Of a DNA stretch of 64,000 bases, positions 1 through 9,781 are shown one piece after another. Each line of letters begins with the position of its first letter. The stretch's first letter is position 1. Both the position numbers and the translations under genes were made by a program. The stretch lies in sequence record NC_062581.1, one strand, 5' to 3'. Below the pieces are notes generated by a model, which saw only the letters and a program-made list of their open reading frames with translations, did not search any database and had not been told where the DNA came from.

Positions 1-1
1 T

Positions 2-136
2 CAAAAAGAACTTTGTAAACATTTCAACCGCGTAATGTCGTCAAACACATATCGCATGGACGCCATCACTGATTTTGATAATCTTGAAATCAATGATCTC
101 CTGGCACTTACCGAAATTCGTTTTCCCTACCTGTAA
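2..136 (+). CDS. 3' end of upstream gene (partial), possibly a ribose-phosphate pyrophosphokinase/PRTase-like protein
   Basis: Open frame QKELCKHFNRVMSSNTY...FPYL* ends 12 nt before NAMPT; function guessed from position and weak resemblance to PRTase C-termini. Confidence 0.35.
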   Translation, partial: QKELCKHFNRVMSSNTYRMDAITDFDNLEINDLLALTEIRFPYL

Positions 137-148
137 ATAGGAGCTTCA

Positions 149-1978
149 ATGAACGCACTCAATGCAGCAACAGCAACCGATTTTTACAAACCTGGTCACG
201 GTCCATTGTACCCAGCGGGTACTACCCGTAAGTACTCGAACTTCACCCCACGTTCGGCAAAGAACTTTATTCGTTCTAAAAGCTGCTCATCGTTCTACGA
301 CAACAAAGTCGTAAACTTTGGTCTGTACGGCAGCTGGCAAGAACTGGTTGCTTTGTGGGATCGCACGTTCTTCCAGGTTTCCAAAGAGAAAGCCGTCAAA
401 GCCATCAAGCGTCGTTTTGATAATGCTTGCGGCCCAGACGTTATCTCGGTTGCCCAAATTGCTGCGCTGCATGATGTAGGCTTCCTGCCTGTCACCGTGC
501 TGTCCATCGAAGAAGGTAATCGTGTTAATGTTGGTATCCCACTGTGGGTTATCTATAACTCGGAAGAATACCCAGAGCACTACTGGCTGGTTAACTACCT
601 GGAAACCGTAACCAGTTCTTACAACTGGCAATCCATCACCAATGCCACCATTGCTTACGAATATCGTCGAGTAATGGAACACTGGGCTGAAAAGACTTGC
701 GATAACAATCTGCACGTCAAGATCCAGGGTCATGATTTCTCGTTCCGTGGGATGCCTGGTCCAGAAGCTGCCGCTCGTTCAAACTCTGGTCACTTGGTTT
801 CGTTCATTGGTACTGACACTATCCCAGCAATCGACTACGTGGAAGAATATTACCACGCTGATAGCGATAAAGAAATTCTGGGTGTATCGGTTACTGCAAC
901 AGAGCACGCCGTGGCAACCGCCAACATCCTGACCATGTTCAAGCACCGCTTCGATGCTGTATGGGATGCTAACCACGGGGACATGGACATTGTTGGTCCA
1001 TTGCTGGATAAACTCAAGCTTGAGTGTGAGCGTGATTACATCCGTCAAATCATCACCGAAAAAGTAAACAAGGGCATTATCTCCCTGGTTTGCGATTCGT
1101 TCGATTTCTGGGGCGTCATTGCAGAAGTACTTCCATCACTGCGTACTGAAATTGAAGCTCGGATCAAGAATGAAATTGGTCTGGCTAAAGTTGTAGTGCG
1201 TCCTGATTCCGGTGATCCTGTTAAAGTCATCACTGGTTTTAAACTGGTTGAGTACAACACTGCAAAAGAATTCGATGATGCATTGTATAACCTCGGTTGG
1301 GAAGCAGTCAACGGCGAAGCTGTCCGGGTAGGTGACAAGTATTACGAACTGCGTAACCACGATGCTCCAAATGCATTCCAGGCTCAGTCAACTTACGAAG
1401 ACTTCCTGGGTCGTGAAATGTCTCGCGCAGAAGCTATCGGTGCCATTGATAGCCTCTACGAATCGTTTGGTGGACATGTAAACGGAAAGGGCTACAAAGT
1501 CCTGAATGAATACATTGGCTTGATCTACGGTGATTCTATTACTGTAGAACGTGCTGAACAAATCTTTGAGCGCCTGGAAGAAAAAGGTTACGCTTCTTCT
1601 AACGTTGTTCTGGGTATTGGTTCGTTCACTTATCAATTCAACACTCGTGATACTTTTGGCATGGCTATGAAAGCCACCGCGTGTGAAGTTAACGCCGAAC
1701 TGATTGAACTGTACAAAGATCCAAAAACTGCTGCTTCCAAGAAATCTGCTAAAGGTTTCCTGCGCGTAGTGCGTGATGCTGCTGGTAACTATACACTGGA
1801 ACAAGAAGTAGAAATGGACTGGAAAGATCTGTTCTACGGTTCGGGTGAATTGAAACCACTGTGGCACAACGGTAAGTTCCAGCGCGCTGAGTTCTTCCGT
1901 GATGCCCGTGATCGTTTGGACCGTACATTTCTGCCTGCAGATACTGCTGCGGTAAATGATGGTTTTGAAGTAGCCTAA
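149..1978 (+). CDS. nadV: Nicotinamide phosphoribosyltransferase (NAMPT/NadV family)
   Basis: TDFYK, HDFSFRG, GTDT, ATEH, VVRPDSGDP, GLIYGDSIT, RDTFGMAMKAT and KKSAKG motifs; GGAG RBS. Confidence 0.93.
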   Translation: MNALNAATATDFYKPGHGPLYPAGTTRKYSNFTPRSAKNFIRSKSCSSFYDNKVVNFGLYGSWQELVALWDRTFFQVSKEKAVKAIKRRFDNACGPDVISVAQIAALHDVGFLPVTVLSIEEGNRVNVGIPLWVIYNSEEYPEHYWLVNYLETVTSSYNWQSITNATIAYEYRRVMEHWAEKTCDNNLHVKIQGHDFSFRGMPGPEAAARSNSGHLVSFIGTDTIPAIDYVEEYYHADSDKEILGVSVTATEHAVATANILTMFKHRFDAVWDANHGDMDIVGPLLDKLKLECERDYIRQIITEKVNKGIISLVCDSFDFWGVIAEVLPSLRTEIEARIKNEIGLAKVVVRPDSGDPVKVITGFKLVEYNTAKEFDDALYNLGWEAVNGEAVRVGDKYYELRNHDAPNAFQAQSTYEDFLGREMSRAEAIGAIDSLYESFGGHVNGKGYKVLNEYIGLIYGDSITVERAEQIFERLEEKGYASSNVVLGIGSFTYQFNTRDTFGMAMKATACEVNAELIELYKDPKTAASKKSAKGFLRVVRDAAGNYTLEQEVEMDWKDLFYGSGELKPLWHNGKFQRAEFFRDARDRLDRTFLPADTAAVNDGFEVA

Positions 1979-1984
1979 TTGGTT

Positions 1985-2019
1985 GGGTCCCTTCGGGGAC
2001 CCTTCCTATTTTCTTTTTT
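1985..2019 (+). terminator. Intrinsic terminator
   Basis: GGGTCCC-TTCG-GGGACCC followed by a T-rich tail. Confidence 0.85.
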
Positions 2020-2036
2020 GTTGTGAGGTATAGTAA

Positions 2037-2621
2037 ATGAGTTGCTGCAATGATTGTAAAAAAGATGAAGGTGAACGAGTGGAGTTTGACGTAGGTATTA
2101 ACTTCAATACCAATAACTCGTATCATCCAGATTTGATTGGAAAAAAGATCAACTTCGTCAGCGGCTTTCTAGTAACAGCTGAAGGGGCAATGCCTAAGGG
2201 TGGGTTTCAAATACAGTTCCACAGTTATGGTGCCCGTAAACACATCAACATTTATCGGAACCGCTTACCGTTTGATGAACTGATGGCTACTATTCAGTTT
2301 AATGAAACCACAGGTCATTTTGTGGTACAGCAATTGACTCGGATAGAGTTTGAAAAAGTTCAATTGATTTTTACCAAAGAGCATGTTGAAGAAGTACAGT
2401 ATCAAGAACTGGCTCTAGGTGTATACCGTGTACCTAACTTGGATGCAGGTATTCAACTTAGTGGACACTTGGATATCGATGATTACACTTTAACACAACT
2501 TCAAATTGGTCTGCGTAGAATTAATAGCTGGCCAGCGCTGGTATTGCACCATAGTCAAGAACTCTGTGTATTGTTTACTCCCGAACACCCTACTTGGAAA
2601 AATGACGCGTTGTGGCAATAG
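2037..2621 (+). CDS. Hypothetical protein
   Basis: 194-aa ORF with GAGG RBS. Confidence 0.75.
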   Translation: MSCCNDCKKDEGERVEFDVGINFNTNNSYHPDLIGKKINFVSGFLVTAEGAMPKGGFQIQFHSYGARKHINIYRNRLPFDELMATIQFNETTGHFVVQQLTRIEFEKVQLIFTKEHVEEVQYQELALGVYRVPNLDAGIQLSGHLDIDDYTLTQLQIGLRRINSWPALVLHHSQELCVLFTPEHPTWKNDALWQ

Positions 2622-2644
2622 TGTGTAATTAACGGGAGCATTCA

Positions 2645-4066
2645 ATGAAACAATATTTGGCAATGCAAAGGGACATTTTGACCCTGGGTACAGAAAAACA
2701 AGATCGCACTAAAACAGGTACGATCTCTTATCCGGGGATGATGGCACGTTACGACATTAGTGATAATCGTCTAGCTGTAACATCAACCAAAAAACTTCAT
2801 CTGAAAACAGGACAAGTTGAAGAAGACTGGATGTTCTCAGGTGATACACGACTAAAGTTTCTGAAAGATAACAACTGTAACATTTGGGATGAATGGGTAT
2901 TACCTGGTACGGGTACCTATCGTCTACGTACATTAAAAGAAATGCGTCGTGTATATGTGCGTAACCATTTTGGCTGGGATGAACCAGGCTTCTTTAATGC
3001 ACCTTTATCAGAAGAACAAAAGGGCTACTGCAATCTAGTTCATACCGAAATTGATTTTGACATTTACGAAGTGGTACCCACCACATTGTCTAAACCTCGG
3101 CACATGGTACTAGATAAATCAGATCCAAATAAAAATTGGCTTAACTGGATTAATCCTGACGATCCAATGTGGGTTAAGTTCTACACTGGTTTGAATATCT
3201 CCGATCAAGAAGTTGTTGATGGTGAATTGGGTAAAGTGTACGGTGCTATGTTTCGTAGCATTGAAGATACACGCATTGTAAAAGATGCGTCAGCCAAAGA
3301 AACATTGGCCATGAAAAAACGTGGGTTTACCTTTGAAGGTGAACTGGCAGGCAAGCGTTCTGTGTTTACTCGGAACATTGACCAGCTGGCAAATCTACTG
3401 CATGATCTTGAACATAACCCAGATTCACGTCGTTTGATTCTTTGCCCATGGAATCCAGCGTATGTGGATGAGCAAGCCTTACCACCTTGCCATTCATTTA
3501 TTCAATTCTGGACACGTGAAATTCCTGCGGAAGAACGTTACAACATTTACGTGAAACGTTTTGAGCGGGAAAAAGCTGAACTGTTTGACGATATTGCTCG
3601 CCGGGGGCGGGCAGATATCTACACAGTCCATGTACCGTATCCACTAAGTTCTTTCATGCATGTTGAAAACGATGCATTGGTTCGTGATGAATATAAACTA
3701 CATGCCTATTTGGATGAGCTTAATGTTCCTCGTCGTGGTTTGACCTGTATCTTCTACATGCGCTCCAACGATAACTTTTTGGGTGCTCCGTATAACCTGA
3801 CGTTTTATTCGTCGTTGACGCACAAACTTGCTCACCAGTTTAATATGTATGGTGAAGAGCTAGTGCACATGGTCGGTGATGCACACATTTACCTGAACCA
3901 TTTGGATCAAGTAAAAGAACAGCAACTGCGTACTCCGGATGAAGATATGCCACGACTAAAGATCAAATGTCCTGTAGGTACTTCCATTCTGGATATGACC
4001 TTTAATGATCTTGAAGTTGTTGGCTACAATCCACAACCGGCTATTCCTGCGCCCGTAGCAGTTTAA
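2645..4066 (+). CDS. thyA: Thymidylate synthase with large insertions
   Basis: DRTKTGT, NIWDEW, GELGKVYG, DSRRLI, ALPPCH, MRSND..LGAPYN and GDAHIYLNH motifs. Confidence 0.95.
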   Translation: MKQYLAMQRDILTLGTEKQDRTKTGTISYPGMMARYDISDNRLAVTSTKKLHLKTGQVEEDWMFSGDTRLKFLKDNNCNIWDEWVLPGTGTYRLRTLKEMRRVYVRNHFGWDEPGFFNAPLSEEQKGYCNLVHTEIDFDIYEVVPTTLSKPRHMVLDKSDPNKNWLNWINPDDPMWVKFYTGLNISDQEVVDGELGKVYGAMFRSIEDTRIVKDASAKETLAMKKRGFTFEGELAGKRSVFTRNIDQLANLLHDLEHNPDSRRLILCPWNPAYVDEQALPPCHSFIQFWTREIPAEERYNIYVKRFEREKAELFDDIARRGRADIYTVHVPYPLSSFMHVENDALVRDEYKLHAYLDELNVPRRGLTCIFYMRSNDNFLGAPYNLTFYSSLTHKLAHQFNMYGEELVHMVGDAHIYLNHLDQVKEQQLRTPDEDMPRLKIKCPVGTSILDMTFNDLEVVGYNPQPAIPAPVAV

Positions 4067-4073
4067 CGTCATA

Positions 4074-4099
4074 AAGCCTCCCTGCTAGGGAGGCTTTTA
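4074..4099 (+). terminator. Intrinsic terminator
   Basis: AAGCCTCCCT-GCT-AGGGAGGCTT hairpin followed by Ts. Confidence 0.8.
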
Positions 4100-4111
4100 T
4101 ATTGGAAGATT

Positions 4112-5847
4112 ATGATCACATTAGTTGTTGGATGCATTTTACTAGCAATGGGTATCATTGGTGGTGGATTCCTATTATGGGCGTGCATTACCAATTACAT
4201 CGAGAAAGATGATCAGCTCAATTATTGTTTCGGTGCACTGATTAGTTACCTAGTGCTACTTATGGTAATGGTTGCTATTGCCATGGCTGAAAAACAATAC
4301 CTGATGAACAACTGAGGTTAACATGCAAAGTAATCTAATTGTAGCAACTGTCTACCCAATCACTGGTTGTGATAGTGTTGGGTATGTTCGTGAAATCAAA
4401 CAAGACGAAAATGGTAAGTATTCTTTTGTCCGTACAAACTCCGTTGAACGTGCACAGTTGTTCGGCGCGGAAGTTAATGCGGTAATTGATTGGATGCGTA
4501 AGGAATGCCATTACGATGGCCTGGACACAATCTATTCATTTAGCCCATTTCCAGTTAACAACCTAACCCGTATGGTGGAAGTTAGTACTCTTTCAGAACA
4601 AGCCGAGGCAAATGATGTTCAGGCGTGAATTAACCATTAGTGAACGTTGCAGTTTGATTAACCTGCGCAACGATACACGCATGACCGGGCGGCGTTCCAA
4701 CGAAGAATTTATCACTCCGGAATCACTGTGTAAGTTTCATGATCGCACTGTGGCTGAAATGACTACTTTGTTGGATACCAAGAAAGCCCCTACGCATACG
4801 ACTAATCCATACCCATTGGTTGAAGTAGTTGAGTGGCTGGCTAACCAAAACAAATCGTTAGATGCTGCCATTGTTACTGACGATTTGAATTTTAGTTCTA
4901 CTACACATGGGTATCTGGAATTTTTTCTAGACAAAGCTTTGCAGGGGGAAATACAACGAGTTAAAAATACCACCATTCGTTTAGATTTTCCAAAACAAGA
5001 TGCCCCGACTACGACCATGCATCTTTATGAAAACGATATGTTGATCCGTCGTCCAAAAGACGCTACGACGTATGTATACTTCTGTGCCATACAACCAGTA
5101 ATTGACAAAGAGACTGTACACGATGCAGATTCAGATTGATTTAGCTACTAAACGTCCAGGTTATAAAGAAGCATTGGACGCGTTCATAGAACGAAATAAA
5201 GTTCATGGTACTTTGGTAGAGTGGGGCAATCCACCTATGGGTGCCTACAACACACCTGACCGTAAACTGTGGCGCATGAGTCAAGTAAACCCCGGACAAG
5301 TCTGTGCTGAACTTGTAGAGCCTGAGTTTGATGCATCTACCGGTATATTTACCTTTCAAGTAGCACCTTACGGTCCGCGTCGGGATATGTTTGAAAAGTA
5401 TGTTAAGGAACAAAAAGATTTGGCCCTTAATAGTCGTATGACTGTAGATGGAATGAACGAAGTTGTAGAGCTTCTACAATACAGTCTTGTTCCTATTGCT
5501 GAACAAGATGACATGGTCCTACAATCCACACGTAAAGTTAAAAAGAGTAGCAAATGAAAAAGAAAGATTGGATTGCTGAACTGGGTAAAAACGTAATCAT
5601 TGGGGCCTGTTTTGTTTGGTGGTTTATTATTCGTTGGTTTGAACCACGTGAAAACTACAAAACTTTTGCGTTGTATCTGACTGCACGCCCTAACATGGGT
5701 TATGCTACACGGAAACTGTTAGAACAATTTAAAGCAACATTAAAACCTGATGATGTAGTACGTGTTATTCAATCGCCAGGTTGGTATCCAGATAGTACCA
5801 CATGGACTTTTTCTTATAAAGACGTAACTTGGAAAATAACAGAGTAA
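4112..5847 (+). other. Block of 5 hypothetical genes
   Basis: Abutting or overlapping ORFs 4112-4315 (2 TM), 4323-4628, 4612-5139, ~5123-5557, 5554-5847. Confidence 0.7.
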
Positions 5848-5915
5848 GATAATACTCGTATGGTTTATTGATTGCGGTGAGATTGCCGCTTTCAATATCC
5901 TACGAGGTCGTTACA

Positions 5916-7256
5916 ATGTCTGAAGCAGAAGTTGTACAAAAAGAAATCAAAGCAGGTTTTGGTGTAGTAGAAAAAGATCGTAAACTTGCGCGCATCGTTA
6001 TCATTGACGATGTTGTTCCACACCCTAATGCTGAACGCTTGGAACTTGCTGTAATTGGTGGTTGGCAACTCTGTGTCAAATTGGGCGAATACAAGAAAGG
6101 TGATCGTGCCGTTTATTGCGAGATCGATTCCCTGCTACCATTGTCCAACGTAGAACTCTTTGGTTTCCTGGAAGAACGCCGTTCTGATAACCGTCGGGTT
6201 GATGGTGTTAACTTTCACCGGCTGAAGACTATCAAACTGCGTAAAGAAATTTCACAAGGTCTGTTGGTTCCAGTGCCAGCTAAGTTTAAAGATTCTCCGG
6301 TTGATACTAACCTGACTCTAGAACTGGGTATCTTGAAATACGAACCACGTGCACCAATGGAGCCATCGAACAAAGAAGCTCGCGGTTCTGACTGGTACTC
6401 TCGTTTGATTCGTAAGATCATTGGTAACCTGGATGGTTCACTGATTCCTTGGCCAGCTCAACTGACTAAGTCTGATCAGGACCGAGTACAGAACAAAACT
6501 GTTGCCTTCACCCTGGCTAAAGAAGCCGGTGAAGTATTTGAAGTTACCTACAAGCTTGATGGTAGCTCGATGACTGTGTTCTGCATCAACGATAAAGGTG
6601 TCCGTACTGGTGTGTGTTCTCGTAATTACGAGCTAGGTCTGGGTGAAGGTAATTGGTCGTTCTCTGAACAGCTGCGTCATTGGGTTGGTGCTTTCCTCAT
6701 CCGTAACCGTAAAGTAGTTAGCTTGAAGAAAGTTCCTTTGGAAGAAGGTGGTTTCAAACGTAAACTACATTGGACTGGTATTCACATTCCACAGTGGTTG
6801 AAAGGTAGCATTGCTACTGAGAACAACTTCACTCGTTATGTGAAAGAACATGAAGTTACCAAGGCGCTGCGTGAATACCAAGCGCGTACTGGTGAATTCA
6901 TTACTGTTCAAGGTGAATTGATTGGTCCGGACATTCAGTCTAACTTTGAAGGTGTAGACAAACACGAATACCACGTGTTCTCTGTGTACCGTAATGGTAA
7001 CGAAGAAGTCTTGCCTGAAGAAGCTGAAAAGATTGTTAAAGAACTGGGTCTTACTTACGTTCCAATCTTTGATCGTGCGTTTGTAATCAAACCAGAACAA
7101 GGTGTTAAAGAAATCCTGGAATTGGCTGAAGGTCAACGTGCTTTCAATCCAAAGAAAGGTACTTACCGTGAAGGTCTGGTATTCAAGTCAAAATCTCGAC
7201 TGATGTCCTTCAAAGCCATCAGCAATAGCTACCTTATCAAAAAAGCAGACGAATAA
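5916..7256 (+). CDS. ATP-dependent RNA ligase (Rnl2/DRB0094-like) with N-terminal OB-fold tRNA-binding-like domain
   Basis: N-terminal HPNAERLELAVIGGWQ..VK.GEYKKGD.AVYCEIDS; ligase motifs KLDGSS, GELIGP.IQ, REGLVFK and FKAISNSYL; likely start MSEAE at 5916. Confidence 0.88.
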   Translation: MSEAEVVQKEIKAGFGVVEKDRKLARIVIIDDVVPHPNAERLELAVIGGWQLCVKLGEYKKGDRAVYCEIDSLLPLSNVELFGFLEERRSDNRRVDGVNFHRLKTIKLRKEISQGLLVPVPAKFKDSPVDTNLTLELGILKYEPRAPMEPSNKEARGSDWYSRLIRKIIGNLDGSLIPWPAQLTKSDQDRVQNKTVAFTLAKEAGEVFEVTYKLDGSSMTVFCINDKGVRTGVCSRNYELGLGEGNWSFSEQLRHWVGAFLIRNRKVVSLKKVPLEEGGFKRKLHWTGIHIPQWLKGSIATENNFTRYVKEHEVTKALREYQARTGEFITVQGELIGPDIQSNFEGVDKHEYHVFSVYRNGNEEVLPEEAEKIVKELGLTYVPIFDRAFVIKPEQGVKEILELAEGQRAFNPKKGTYREGLVFKSKSRLMSFKAISNSYLIKKADE

Positions 7257-7261
7257 CATGG

Positions 7262-7284
7262 GTAGGCCTTCGGGCCTGCTTTTT
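7262..7284 (+). terminator. Intrinsic terminator
   Basis: GTAGGCC-TTCG-GGCCTGC followed by TTTTT. Confidence 0.85.
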
Positions 7285-7308
7285 GTCAACTAAACCAAGA
7301 AGTGAAAT

Positions 7309-9671
7309 ATGCACGATTCAAGCGTCATTCATCCATTTTTCAAAAATAAACCCAAACAAAAGAAAAAGAAATACGCCGTGAGTAGCGTTTATATCCGTGG
7401 TGCGACATCGTATTTAATCGATGCTATCCGTTGTTTGCCGCCAGAAGTATACCCACGCACTGCTGAAATTATTGCTATACTGCAAGAACCTAGATCGGGT
7501 AGTAGTATCGTAAGAATTGACCATAAAAAGACATGGTTTCTTCGGCGTCCTTATGAAACTATTTTGGTCACCGATTACCTACACACAACCATTTATGAAG
7601 TGAAACATTTTCTAGATAAATAAAAAGAGTTATTACCGTGAAAAAACTGATGACCATGTGTGTAGCACTATTAATGGGTCTGGTATTAGCTGGTGCCACT
7701 ATGGCAGCTATGCAAGTGACCGTAGTTAAAACACATAACCTGGAATCCAAATGACTTACGAAGAACAACGTAAATCTGATATTGTACATATCACTGATCT
7801 GCAACAGAATCTGTTGCGTAAACCACAAATGTGGAAAGATACATCAATGATTGAAAGCAAGTGGATACGTTTGCTGGCCGGTGAAGAACCAATTGATGAT
7901 TTCATATACGCTATTAACTATCTGTTGAAGCACTGGCTTAGTCAAGAGAACATTACTTGTTCGGCAGGTATGCATCTCTTTGCTTACTTTCAAGTCTGGG
8001 CTTGTTTTCCACAACATATCCGTGACCAACATACGTCTACACTGGAAGCTATTCAAGAATTCCTAAGACGTCCTGAATGTACACTGATGGTTTTTCTTGA
8101 TGTACTGGATGGCCCACATGACGTTAGTGAATGGGTAGACATCTGGTGGGATCGGGATGTACTAGAAACTTACGTCCGGGGCAAAAAAGAAGAACTTGAA
8201 AATCCACCGTTTAACTTTGATCTGGATAGAATGAAAGCGTCCATTGAATCAGGCACTATTTCAATTCCTCCTGGACTTGCAGGTAAAGGTGAATTGCGTG
8301 CTTATTTGAAAAATCGGTTAATTGAACTGGATAAAGATAATGGCCAAATCGGTAAGGTATAAAGACGGCACTCGGATCATGGAAGGATCGGAAGCGTGGG
8401 AACTTTATCATAACCCACCTAAGATTCTAAAAGTCCCTAATGCTCCAAAAAGTCTTGATAAACACATGGAAGACTTGGATAAGACCTTTCGTAAAATAGA
8501 AGGTCGGAAACCACGCAACGAATTAACAGAACGTGAAAAAATAATGGAAGGAATCATTCCTTTTAACGTACAACGCATTAAACAAATTGATGCGGAACAA
8601 GCTGCGCTACAATTAATTTAAGGAGTAACAAATGTTATTAAAATTGTGGAAAGCTTTTTTAAGCTTATTTGTACCTGAAGTTAAAGACCGTCATTATTGG
8701 TTTCAAGATTTGAATGACGACCGTGATGTTCGGCGTGCATTTCTATGGGACGGTAAAAAGGTATCCCGTCAGTACTTGCAAGAATTTGTAGGTAATTTAG
8801 ATGTTAAGTTTTACCCTGATGGTAATTGTATTGTAGACGGCCCTAATCCCATTCAGCTATTCCCATATACTTTTATTTGGGAAGATTCGGATGGATATGA
8901 TAGCAGCAGGTTGTATGGAGTTATCCAACGATTTGCTATGTATCGAAATCCAGACCTTCGACCAGGTACACCAAAAGCATCATGATGAAATATATCGTTG
9001 CGCTATTGTGTGCACTATTAATAACCGCGTGTAAACCACAATCGGAATACACCACTAAAGGTTTATTGATCGGCGCTAGTTGTGGTAAAGAAACCATGGG
9101 TCGTTTTGGTGTTACTTACGATAGTGGTTGCGTTGCTGCAGTTAAAGATGAAAAAGGAGTAGCTACTTTTTCTATTGAATCCGACAGTGGTGCGTTAGTG
9201 GGGTCTCAGGTAGTAATCATTAAAACGGGTGATTACATGTACCGGGTTATAAAGTCAATTGAATAAGGAGCAAGCTTATGTGTAGTTTAAGCATACGGTA
9301 GCCCGTCTCATGTCGAGGCGGGCACCGCAGTGTGAGAATTGCAAATGTCAGCCGACAAACAAACTAAAGCATTGAATCGTTCCCATGATCGTCGTACTAT
9401 TAAAAACCAATTGGTTATTTGGCGTCTGTACAATCCGAATGACCAATGGCTGGTACAACAGAAACCTTCAGGGTGGCGTAAACAACGCGCCATGAACTGC
9501 AGCTGCAAGACGTGTCGTGGTTGGGCGGTTAATGCTAAACGTTTTCGTTATAACCTTCAGTTGGAGAAACAAGGTATGTGTGATAAGTTCCACACCGCTA
9601 AATCTTTTGCCCAAGTAAAGATGAAAAAAATCGATTGGGATCTTTTTGTCAAAGAAGAAGATTGGATCTAA
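7309..9671 (+). other. Block of hypothetical genes including a lipoprotein
   Basis: ORFs 7309-7623, 7751-8362, 8340-8621, 8632-8985, 8982-9266 (lipobox LITAC), 9345-9671 (basic, CxCxxC). Confidence 0.7.
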
Positions 9672-9680
9672 GGATATAAT

Positions 9681-9720
9681 GGCTACCCTTCGGGGTAGCC
9701 TTATGTTTATTTCTTTTTTA
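9681..9720 (+). terminator. Intrinsic terminator
   Basis: GGCTACCC-TTCG-GGGTAGCC followed by TTATG and a T tract. Confidence 0.85.
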
Positions 9721-9738
9721 TTTAAAACGATTTCAAAG

Positions 9739-9747
9739 CTATATTAC
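9739..9747 (+). promoter_or_regulatory. phiKZ-type early promoter (TATATTAC)
   Basis: CTATATTAC just downstream of a terminator, AT-rich upstream; matches the published phiKZ early consensus. Confidence 0.75.
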
Positions 9748-9781
9748 ATTTAGGATATCAACTACATTAAGGAATACAGCC

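Noticed and set aside
2645-4066. dNMP hydroxymethylase for DNA hypermodification
   Set aside because: It retains the dUMP-specifying Asn (LGAPYN) and all ThyA motifs, and no glycosyltransferase or other modification genes are nearby.
9278-9345. Recoding site (RBS-ATG, TAG after 7 codons, 9-bp hairpin) feeding into ORF 9345
   Set aside because: Readthrough ends at TAA soon after, and the downstream frame is closed by TGA at 9333, so no fusion is possible; at most a leader peptide or attenuator.
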